Assembly (NCBI GenBank): GCA_010405405.1 | Contig: MU004241.1 | Span: 1,027,359-1,091,358, forward strand | Direction of reading: 5' to 3' | Length of the DNA stretch: 64,000 bases | Source: Microthyrium microscopicum | Taxonomy: Eukaryota | In this document: positions 1 through 10,815 of the stretch, one piece after another | Layout of the letters: every line of letters begins with the position of its first letter | Position numbering within the stretch: the first letter of the stretch is position 1 | Program-made: the position numbers and the translations under genes | The notes under the pieces: model-generated | The model's database searches: none | Told to the model about the DNA's origin: nothing | The model's input: only the letters and a program-made list of their open reading frames with translations

Positions 1-960
1 AGATATTATAGATATTATAAATATTATAGATATTAAAGTTATTATAAATATTATAAATTATATTAATATTATAGTAATTTAAAATATTATAAATATTTAA
101 GATCTATTAAGTATTATAAATATTATAAATCTTATAGAAGTTTATATTACTTAATCTATTATAATATTCTATATATATAGTATATAAAATATATCTTTAG
201 AATTATACTAGTTTAAAGAATTTAATATATATTCTTTATTAAAGCAATTTTTATTATTTATTTAATTTAGCTAGTTAAAAGTATTATAGTATTATAAATA
301 TTTAATATATTTAAGTTATAATAGCTATTTAAATAATTATACTATTTATATTATTTTAAATATATAAGTTATAAATAATATAATAGTAATTATAGTATAC
401 TAGTTATTTATACTATTTATCTTATATAAATTATTAAATATATTTAGATTATATTAAATATAAGTCTATTTTACTTATTATATCTATATATATAATAATT
501 ATTATTTTAGTTATTAAATAATTTTAAGTATTTATTCTATTTAAGTAATAATATTTATTATAAACATATACTAGTTCTAGCTATTAATATTACTTAAGTA
601 ATAGAGTATATTAGACTTATTTAAGAATTCTAATTATTTATCTTATTTAAAGAATATCCTTTATTAGCTTTATAAAAGTACTTTAATAGTTTATCTTATT
701 TTATTAATTTAAACGCTATAAGTAGTTTTAGTTCTCATTTCTATTTAATATATTTCAAATTAGTAAATTTATTTTAATTATTCTATATATTTTAAACGAA
801 TTAGATGTTAAGTTAAGTACTTAGATATAGGACTACGTATTATAGTAATAAGTAGTTATAGTGTTATTAGATAACTTAAATCAATGATAATTTTTTCACG
901 ATGTAATAACTAGAGTTTTATATATTCTAATTCTATAGGCTATTCTACGTGTGATTAATA
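1..960. mobile_element. AT-rich RIP-mutated repeat/transposon relic (family not identifiable), truncated by window start
   Basis: Extremely AT-rich, TpA-enriched and CpA/TpG-depleted, with no ORFs; begins with tandem AGATATTAT-like units. Composition returns to normal around 880-990. Confidence 0.8.
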
Positions 961-1082
961 GGATCCTAAAAATTCTAGCAATTTAGACATACTAGGGGGA
1001 GGGTAAGAGCGTACCACATTTCGCAAACCAGTGTAAGTCCCTGGTGTGGTTTTTCATCACACTATTGATTACGAAAGGCGTG

Positions 1083-3108
1083 CTATGAAGAGCTACCAGC
1101 ATCACCATAAACAGTTTTGACGAGATCTTTCTTGTTGACTTGGTCATGTTAGCACTTGTTGCTTCGTGATCGCGACTGAACACTTACTTTTTCCCATGGC
1201 ATTTCTAGGGATTGATTGTACCACTTTCATGTCTTGCGGTATTTTGTAGTTAGCCAAGTTGGCTTTAAGAGCACGCCTCATATCTAGAGGGCTCCATTGC
1301 TTTCCCTCCTTGCCAGCAGTTCGGCCTTTCTCACTCAACACTACGACCGCTACTACTTTCTGGCCCCATTTATCTGAAGGAAGACCTACAACTGCGCATT
1401 CAGAAACCTCTGGGCTAAAATCGTTCATCAGCGTTTCCTTTTTCGTATTGTCAGGCGGGATGGACTTACAGCGATAGCATCTCACGTTCAACCTCCAATG
1501 CGCTCACTTTCTCACCTCCTGTTTTGAGAATATCTGCACTCTTCCGACCTTGAATGAAATACATCGGGCCCTTCGCCCAGTCCTGCGATGAACTAACACC
1601 TTCAACAGGTCGCCGGACTGCAACATCGCCGGTCTTGAACCATCTGCCATGGCCATCTTCTCCTTCGACAAAATCTTTGGCTGTGGCTTCTGGATTGCGG
1701 AAATACTCCTTGAACACTGTAGCGCCCCGTAACTGAATCTCGCCGTAGCGCTCCTTTCCATCAGCATCAAATTCCTCACCAGTTTTGATGATCTGGTTTG
1801 TGTCAGAATCAACTAGCCGTGCTTCAACGCCAGGTAGTGGCCAACCGACTGAGCCGTCTACTCGATCGCGGTAATCTAGCCCACAGCTTAAAGCCATACC
1901 CACCTCAGTCATACCGTAGCGTTCTAAAAGGACGTTGCCGTTGGCAAGGTTCGTCCACGCAGCTTTCGTTGGAGTGGGTAGGGCAGCTGAACCTGATATA
2001 TTAACTCGAAGGTTTTCTGGGGAGATGGCCTTGCGGGTTGCTTCCTGAAGTTCCGGTGAAAGTGAAGGGTGTGTAGATAAAAGGAGACTGTATATCGTTG
2101 GGACCACCGTGAAAAATGTGATTGGCTGTTTTAGTGACTCTGGCGCTGATGATTTTGGTAGAAACGGTGCCGCAAGTCGATCCCAAACATCGTTCGCTTT
2201 GAATGGGAACATGAATTCTATCGTTGATCCGGCAAACAGTGGCGTAAGAAGTGCGTTTACAACGCCATGGATGTGATGAAGAGGTAGAACGTGAAGTAGT
2301 CGGTCTTTAGATGAATATTTCCAGGCTTTCAGTAGAGACCTTGATTGCGCCGTAAGGGCGGATTCTGGAAGTAGTACCCCTTTCTATCATGCCGTTAGCA
2401 AAGGCGCGAAGTCCCATGGTAAATACTAACAGGCCGACTCGTGGTTCCGGATGTGTAAAGCATGAGTCCACTCTGGTCCATCTTGACATCCAACAGCTCG
2501 ACCCTTTCTGCACTCTTGCTGCCTTCCAAGATCTTCTCTACTGCTATTATGGGCTTTGTTACGGTCCCTTCCTTCATCACATCTTGCGCTTTTTCTTGAA
2601 ATTTCTCTGAGGACAGAAGCATGAAAGCTTCGCATTGGTCGATGATATATCGCAGCTCATAGTTTGGATGAGTTGTACACAGCGGGACGGCAATCGCATT
2701 ATTTGCAATGATGGAGAGAAACGTCACTATTCATCTTTTAGATCAAGGCCGTAAGCTCAGAGCGGAGTATGGAGGAAGCGAACCAATGTAATCGTACCCA
2801 TTCTCTACGAGGAAAGCTACCCTCTCTCCATCCAAGCTTTTGCCTTGTGCCTTGATCTTCAATTCCTCGATCGCATCCGCGACATCATGCGCCAGCTCTC
2901 CATATGTAAATGTTCTCCCCGATGGGTTATGTACTACAGCGTTTCGTTTGAGGTCGTGATTGGCAATGGCCTCGAAGATGGGCAATCGCGGGAGTGTAGA
3001 GGCCATTCTGATGAACAATGGGATACGCGGTCTTCTCGTATGTCTTAGTGAAGATACGGCGAGTCTTGACAGGCGTAGTAGCCCTCCGAGATTGGAGTGA
3101 ATCTTCAT
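1083..3108 (-). CDS. AMP-dependent acyl-CoA synthetase, malonyl-CoA synthetase (ACSF3/MatB)-like; multi-exon
   Basis: YTSGTTSRP|KGV P-loop split by an intron, ERYGMTE, FKTGD and IPRNAMGK|VNKK motifs. Last exon ends at TAG 1083-1085. The Arg/Leu/Ser-rich N-terminus from Met 3108 looks like a mitochondrial presequence; second Met at 3006. Confidence 0.9.
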
Positions 3109-3429
3109 GCCGAGGAACCTTCGGAGGTAGGATGGCCGGGAATAAGGGAAATCGCGAACGCGTCGTTTGCTAAAGCATAATGCAGGATCCGATAAGTTTG
3201 TGAGCTCTTTTAATCATGGCGACGAGTACCAAACGACCCGCAAGCTTCGATCGGTTTGAACAGGAGATGAGATGAGAACTGGGGACAAGATCTGGGTCCG
3301 TACTTTTTGGTGGCGGCCTCATGTTGAAAAAGAGCTTGGGCCACTTGATGATGATCCATACATTTTCTATCCTTACCTCACTTGATCACCAACCTCAAAA
3401 CATACTGATAAAGGGTCCTTCGCAAGCAG

Positions 3430-4129
3430 ATGATTCCCCGGCCGGCAGTATCTGTTGCTCGAATTGCTCGAAGATACTTCGCAATGGCACAATCCACCCC
3501 CTCCGCAACTCCTGTCGAGGACACAATCCGTTCCAAGGTAAGCTTTCAGCGGATCGGCAATATAAATGGCGCGCTCCCATCATCCTCGTTGGCTCCCAGA
3601 CGCTACGCTCTTTCATCGAGTGCTTTATGCGCCACGAAGGATGTTTAGATTCGAATGGTTCATCGAATATCGTGGGATATAAAGCATCTTCTGCTTAAGA
3701 GCGTTGATGACAGCCATCAGAGTTAATGGGGGGACGCCATCTATTTTGCCATGCCGTTGGCTTTCTAGACTCTGTCTACTTCCAGGCTTACTAGTCTTAA
3801 GATCACAGAGTCAATTTCTCCTTCGTTTCTTGAGATCCATAACGACTCACATCTACACGCACATCACAAGGCAATGCAAGACTCGACGTCGAGAGAGGTA
3901 GGATAAACCCGATTCTGTCATTCTAACAACACTGCTAAAGTCCTTGCAGACGCATTTTCGAGTCTATATCACATCAGCCGCCTTCACAGGAAAGTTCCAG
4001 CCCGCCCGGCATAGGATGGTGTATTCTCTATTGAAAGAAGAAATGGCCAAGGAAGGGGGAATACACGCCCTGCAACTACGAACAAGAACCCCAGAAGAGG
4101 AAGAACAATCCAAAGAAAAGGAACAATGA
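3430..4129 (+). CDS. BolA-family protein (BolA1/Uvi31-like), 3 exons (3430-3537, 3802-3897, ~3950-4129)
   Basis: Spliced product contains LEIHNDSHLHAHH, ETHFRVYITSAAF, RHRMVYSLL and GIHALQL; presequence-like N-terminus. Confidence 0.92.
3547..3759 (+). ncRNA. Candidate intronic structured RNA (long imperfect hairpin) in BolA intron 1
   Basis: Nine nested complementary segments, e.g. 3621-3628 TGCTTTAT/3679-3686 ATAAAGCA, 3605-3612 ACGCTCTT/3697-3704 AAGAGCGT, 3566-3571 ATGGCG/3735-3740 CGCCAT. Confidence 0.6.
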
Positions 4130-4391
4130 CTGAAAGTCTAGTCCTTGATCTCAGGTCCTTTTCTCTCTTTGATACCCATTGAGCCTTTGTTTTCTATTGT
4201 AATCAATTTTTCTCCAGCCATAATGAGCTGTCAAACACAATCAAACACAAACCCATCCACACGATGAAAAAGACAATCGCACGAAACCAACAGCAAGTAA
4301 AGAACCGGGAGCTGGATATGATGTGTCGGCGCACTTTTTGCTCGAACTTTTGGCCACATTCAAGTGAACATGTCCGCCAAAGTTGCAGAAA

Positions 4392-5814
4392 TCAGTATTT
4401 CCGCTTTTGTGCCTTTGCTTTCGTCTTAGGAGCCGCTGTACCCATGGTTGATGATTAGTAACGACACGGATTTGCTACTGTTGTATCAAATGTTACTTAC
4501 GTGGAGATGGCGCCCCATCAACTTGTAGCCAACCTTGGCCCATCAGTTCCTGGATCAATTTGTCCATCTTAGGTCTCTTTTTCAGGTGTTCTTCGAATTG
4601 TTTGACCTTCATCTTGTCGCCAAACGTGTGACGAGCTTGATGACGCAACAAATCTCCCAATTTCCACTTCATAAGCTCTTCCCAATGATACTGCGTTGTG
4701 GTCGACACTTTTCGGAAAACAATTTCTGTTGTCTTCATCTTCCCGTTCCTTCCCTTGGACTTGCGGTCGTATCTAACAACCTCTTCTTTGTATCTGACAT
4801 CGTCCTCGTCTGGCCAGTGAATGCTTTCATCCTCAGCTGCATCTTCTACAGGGATTTCGGATGGGTCATCCAATGTCTGTCCGTCAGCAAAATGGAGGTT
4901 ATCGACTGAGTTTGGCTCCTCGAATCTAGTTCGCTTAGACGTATCAGGACCATGAGCTGTTATGGACCGGTTAGTACATGGTAATAGACAGCTAGTAAGA
5001 TATAGTGCTTGCTAACCTGGATTAGTATATCTCTTGTCTGGCTTTCGATGGCGGTCTTTGTACGCCTGTTCCATCAACGCCATGTGTGCTGCTCGAACCT
5101 TGTGATGCTATGTAAAGCTTAGCATCATTCAGTTGTTTGGTATACACTAAGTGCTTACCGATGCACAGCTTGCAAGATCCGCTGCTGATATTTTAGTGAT
5201 GACGCATCTCGAGGAATCATCCTGTGCAGCTCGATATCTAGCGTCCAATTCATTGCGGTCTTCATCTGTGAGTCTACCTGCTGTAGCACGTTGGTAGAGT
5301 TGCTCCGAAGTACGTGACGCGTCATACGTAAACTCTGGAAGAAAAGCTCGAAACTGGTATCGGTATGCAGGATCTTCTTGGAGAAACAGGCCGAATGGCA
5401 GTTTAGCCTCGCCTTCTTTGACTGACTTGAGACAGGAGTCATAATGCAGCCACATCCAGATCAGCTCATCATGAAGGTAACAGCAAAATTCTTTGCTATC
5501 CGCTTTCATCCAATTGGCGAAATAGCATGCCTCTGGAAAGTTCTCGACTGCCGCGTACACCTTGCTGTCGTTACCTGGATACTTTGCTAGAAACCGCTGC
5601 CAAAATTGAGTGACTTTTGTAGCGGACTCGCTTGTCTCATTCGTCGGTGGAGGACTGTGCCCAGTGAAGACGGGCTTGTCCTCCATTTCCTATGCTTTAG
5701 AGATCAGAAAATCTGATTTCTTTCCTAGCTCACATCTGGCAAACTCACCTGCTTGATTTTTCCGTTGGTTGCACAATCCTCTACGGCGCAGGTGGAGTCT
5801 TCCAATCCTTCCAT
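4392..5814 (-). CDS. Orphan hypothetical protein, 5 exons, basic C-terminus (possible NLS)
   Basis: ATG at 5814; canonical introns (e.g. 5748-5690 and donor at 5158) join ORF-track pieces 5147-5686 and 4493-4873 in frame. Ends PKTKAKAQKRKY-TGA at 4392. Confidence 0.65.
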
Positions 5815-6847
5815 TGCTTTAAAGGGGAAGCTTTGCAAGCAAGATTGTGTAAGACTCGATTACAACAGATATTATGACCTCCTGCAAGCTTATAGAACAG
5901 CGTTGATTGACTGGTACAAGTGTGCTAAGTACCTGAGCTGAGTGCGAAAGTATAGTTGACGGAGCAGGGTAGACAAGTTGACAAAGTAGGTTTAAATAAG
6001 CTTGTGTCTTTGCTACTTGGGATATTAGGCAAGATCATAAATCAGGATGATGATGGGAAAGTTGAGTTTGTTACTACAGCACTTGCAGTGAGGATCAAAG
6101 GTTGAAATAACCTTCTCTTCCTTCGTCAGGAGTCATGGAAGCTTTTCGAGCTGTTGACTCCTAAACTTCATGACATTCCTTCCAGGGTATCTATGTAAGG
6201 TAAGTACTCATATTCGCTGTTAGTGCCTGGTTCTGATCATCGAGTCTAGTACCAGGTAGTTCTTACCCCTTAGAGATACTTCGAAGGTCTCGGTCGAGGT
6301 CTCTCATAGAGTGAGTTCAACCGCCCCAAAGCTTATGATCAAGCGGTGAAATACTTCAGTTCTAATCTCTACCTTCTTACAATATCAGGGACATTTTCAA
6401 TTCCAACAACTCACTATGCCATACTTAGCAGTAAGATATAGCTCGGAGCTACTCTATCCTCCTATCGAGGAAAGTGCTAGAACCTTACTCATTATCTTTC
6501 TCTCTCCCCGTCACTTTCACCATATTCTCTTTCACGCCCTGCATAGTATCAGACCTTGATATCCTCTTCTCTGCCTCTACTCTCCACTCCCTCTCCACAG
6601 TACACTCTTCCATCACTGCTAACTAAATCTCCACACATTTACTCCTCCACTTCTCTAAGGTTCCCTCCTCTGACCTTTTGCATTTGTTCTCCTCATTCCA
6701 CCAATAAAACTCCTCACAGTTACCTGGCACAAAATCCTCTGCCCCATTTTGTTGAGCACCATATTATTATCGAGCACTGTAGTAGATTATCTTGACCATC
6801 AGAGGTCATAATTCAGCTACATCCTCAATCTGAAGGTCTGAAGCAAG

Positions 6848-9800
6848 ATGGACGACCCAGAGCAATCTGACATTAATGAAGCCTTCCGTCTTTTGGAAAA
6901 GTCGAAGAAGACAAAGTCCATGGATACAGTTCTTTTCCTACTACAAATGAACACTGAATCGGAGCTTTTCGAGAAGGTCTTCAAGATGGAATGGTTCAAA
7001 GGAATGTGGGATCGATTCCGAGACTACATTTACGATCCAGAAATTCCGAAAGATCCAAAACGACTAAATCTCAGGACTATTGCTGAACAAAACTTGCGCG
7101 ACTATCGAAACATGGCAGGACGTAAGTGTTTGATAGTTTCACGATGACGATAACTTTGTTGTCCTCCCATTATCAGAATATCCACAGGAGTCTCCATGAA
7201 CTTTTAAAGCAAGCTAACCCTTCGGTCCAGATAATGAACTCTACTGGAGCCCCGACTACTCTATCCAGACTCAAAAGGATGCTCATTTGTGGCTATGTCA
7301 CCAGCTCATCCAGAGACTCAGCAATTTGTTTTACCGTACGGAAGATCTCCAAGCACGTGGGATCTTGGGCGTTGTCAAGTTGGTGTTTTCTCTTCGGGAC
7401 GCCTACGCCCCAGGAGGAGACCGTGAAATGGCTAAGAAGATAGATGAGATTGTTGGAGCCTCTCGCAGTAAGTCTCACCGGGTTACATTACACTGAGCTC
7501 GAAAGAACGAGGTCGATGTCTGATATCAAGTGTGTATCTTGAATGGCGGGCAGGCAATGCCAGAGAAATCTTTTGCGCTCGTAGTGTCTGCTCGTGTCAG
7601 AGAAGACACAGCAAAAATGCAAATGCTAACGACCTCACAGCATACCCATGGCAATCAGAGATCGTGGCGGGCAACACTCCGTACGTCCAGGTCGATCCCT
7701 CCGAGACTTATCTGCGTTTGGATGACAATGGGAATTTGCAAGGGGTTGGACTATTGGATTTCGAAGATCCCTATGAGTATGACCACGACGGATCCATAAC
7801 TGTGGGATCAAAATCCTACGCAAACTACGACCTTCCTGACGCTTTCACAAGCCAAGAGCATCAAAGCAGTGTGGGGACTCTCGTTGCAAAGTTGGAACCA
7901 GAAGCAAGAAGAAAACACGACAAATGTCAACGTCTTGCGTTAATGGGTATCAATCATATCAAAGAACTGGAAGATGACGTATTCCTAGATGAAGGTGAGT
8001 GTTTAACACTTTTCTAAAAATTCTTGTAGTGCTTGGTGTTTGCCATGCTTTGTTGCCCAGCACTTGCGCGAAATTCATGCTGATGACTTGTAGGACCTTT
8101 CAACTTCACAGATGCCTCCGAGATTGAGGCAAAAGACAAATCACACCGAAGATACTACACATATGAAGGGAAATCCAAAACTTCAGCCAAAGAAGAATCG
8201 GAATCGCAAGACGTAGCTGAGAGTGAGATGCAGGATGAAAAGGACTCGAGGGCTGAAGAAGTAACGACCATAGCTTCCCTACTCGAGAGAGCACAGCAAG
8301 CCATCGGAACTGACGAAGCCGAAGAGAACAAGCAGAACAGTGAAGTTCAAGAAGGGTTTGCCGACGCTGGCATAAGCTTAACTGATGCTTGTAAGATGAT
8401 TGGTATCGACCCTGAAGCCATCCACAAGCGCGTTTCCGGTATGGAAATGGTTTGGACCTTAAAGCATCACCAAATCGTTGGAGCAGCATGGATAAGAGGT
8501 CGCCTCCACGACCGGCTCGATAATGCTGCATTGCTAGGGTGCTTACTATGCGATACCATGGGGCTAGGAAAAACTATAACCATTATGGCAAGCATACTAG
8601 GCCTCATGAATGAGCGACAAGCTAGGGTCCAGAGTCATACAGAACGAGTGACCCAGAAGAGCTGGCGTGGAGGACCGCACCTGATCATAGTGCCTGCCAA
8701 TGTCTTCCACACATGGGAGAGATCACTCCAGTCATTCTCGCACACATGGCATCTTATCTTCTACAGAGCCGGAAACAATATGCCAGACCTCCAGGGTCCG
8801 AAAGATTCCCGTTTTCAAACGAAAGACATCAATAGAACTATACTGCTTACAACCTATGATATCTGGACCAAGCGCCATGGTAATGATCAACGGTTCAAGA
8901 GTTATTTTCAGGTTGTTTGGGCTGATGAAGCGCACATGCTGAGATCCTTCTCTCAGAAGAACAGTTCTGCGAGGTAAGATCCATTGCATTTGGAGATTGA
9001 TCTATCTACCCATCGGGTGCGATGCTTCGTTTTGATCACGGATCTGTGCAATCATAGGAATTTTTTACTGACAGAAAATAGATCGAAAGCGGTTATGAAT
9101 CTGAAGCCTTTCTTCTTCGTGGGAATAACTGGCACCCCCATATGCTACGAGGCCAAAGATATCCAGTCCCTCATGCAATACACAATCAATTCCCAAAAAG
9201 TCGAGCAATGGATAAGCAAACACACATGGAAGCCAGATTGGAACCTCTTTCGCCGCGGAGCCGTTAAGCCAGCCGATAGGTGGATGTGGAGATCAAAACA
9301 TGCCATGGAACATATTTTCAAAAAAGATAAAGGTAATCAAAACATAGGAACGAGGTCTTTGTTGTCCAATCAGCTAACCAGTCAAAGAACGTAATTGGGC
9401 AGAATTGCTTAAATCGGCTGTACAGCCTGTCATACTACGACGATCTCCCGCGTCAATCGTTAATGGAGTGGCTATTGGCGAGGATATACCTCCTCGTGCT
9501 GTTCGGCAGGGCATTCTGAAAGGAACACAGTATCAGCGGCGGTTGATTAAAAATGGATTGCTCCAGGTATGTCCGGATGCTGTTTGAACCCTGAGATTGC
9601 TAAGGCATGCATTGCGAAAAAGAATGCACTTAGCATCGACTAAGCTGTGACACAACATGTCTTTCCATAATCAAAGCTAATGTTCTTTTTAGGAGAATCC
9701 TGATCTGATTGAGCGGCCCAATAGCGTCAAGTTTACAAAAGAATTGGTGAGAGTAACAGCACACATCACCACATTCACTGAATTCAAAAACTTGTCCTTG

Positions 9801-10637
9801 AAAGGGGGACCCGATGCTCACAAAGCATGGAAAGTGGTAGAACATCCAAGCTTTGACACCAAAGGGCAGCACTTTGGCCGAGTTCTCAAGGAGCTTTTCC
9901 AGTACATCAAGGAGAAAGATCCAGGTTGCAACTTTCCGGGATTGGATCTTTCAAAGGCACATCCAGGAGATATTCAAGAATACATCGTCAGAAGATCGCC
10001 TAAGCTACAATACCTTACCCATGACATTGACATCAAAGTCATTTGCCAGAGACGAAAGGTCGTCATCTGGACGCAGTGGCCTTGGATTCAACTCTTGGTC
10101 ACTGCGTACATCCGCAGTCTGGGCGTAGACGCGCATGCCTTGCATTCTGGCCTGAGTCAAGATCAACGAGACATACTTGTCGACAGATTCAACGAAAGAA
10201 AAAGTGACAATTCAGTATTAGTTTGTTCTTATGATGTCAGTTCGGAAGGTATCAATCTGGACAAAAAATGCGGCCTGGTTGTTTGCTTTGAGCTCGCGGA
10301 ATCGTCAGCTCTACAGGAGCAGGCCATGTACCGCATCATCAGAATGACGCAAGACAAGCCGCAGATTGTGACGATCTACACTTTGATTGGTTCCTTGGAC
10401 GTCAACAGACAACTCATGAACATGTCCAAAGATCATGTCCTAACAACCCTCCTTCTGAGCGATAACAAGGAACCAGGTACCGGAACGACGGACCAGACCA
10501 ACACTCAAGCAAATAACACCAAGTTTCCTGGTTCGCGACAAATCAAACAGACGGCTCAGAGCAATGTTCGTGTAGCTGATCATATAAGAGGGAAGAATGG
10601 GTTCACGGAAGCCGCTGGTCGAAAGAGTGCCCTGTGA
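6848..10637 (+). CDS. Divergent SNF2-family helicase/ATPase, about 7 exons
   Basis: LKHHQ Q-motif, LLCDTMGLGKT (I), LIIVP (Ia), LLTTYD, WADEAH (II), ITGTP (III), ILRR, SPKLQYL, KVVIWTQW (IV), SEGINL (V), EQAMYRIIRMTQ (VI). Introns 7122-7230, 7468-7640, ~7995-8093, 8973-9081, ~9332-9388 and 9567-9692 keep the frame. The 3' end is uncertain. Confidence 0.85.
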
Positions 10638-10815
10638 GCCAGATCAAATAAAAACAGCTGGTGGCAACCATCGCCATTGATGAGAGTCATAAGAGCTCCG
10701 TTGACGATATGCTTGGCTCTCTCTGTGCGAACGAATTGAAGTTGAAAGTGTGGACGGAAACAAACTGGACATAACTGGGAAGATTGACGGATTTGAAATT
10801 GAGATTCAACACTTA

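Noticed and set aside
805..1000. Possible LTR (TG...CA) and purine tract at the edge of the RIP block
   Set aside because: No second LTR or TSD visible, and the purine tract is on the wrong side for a PPT.
3338..3418. Possible box C/D snoRNA (TGATGA ... CTGA with short flanking stem)
   Set aside because: Lies in the BolA promoter/5' UTR; no recognisable rRNA guide or internal C'/D' boxes; such short motifs are common by chance.
4231..4250. TCAAACACAA tandem duplication as a TSD or footprint bounding the SNF2 island
   Set aside because: No matching copy at the other side of the island; simple slippage explains it.
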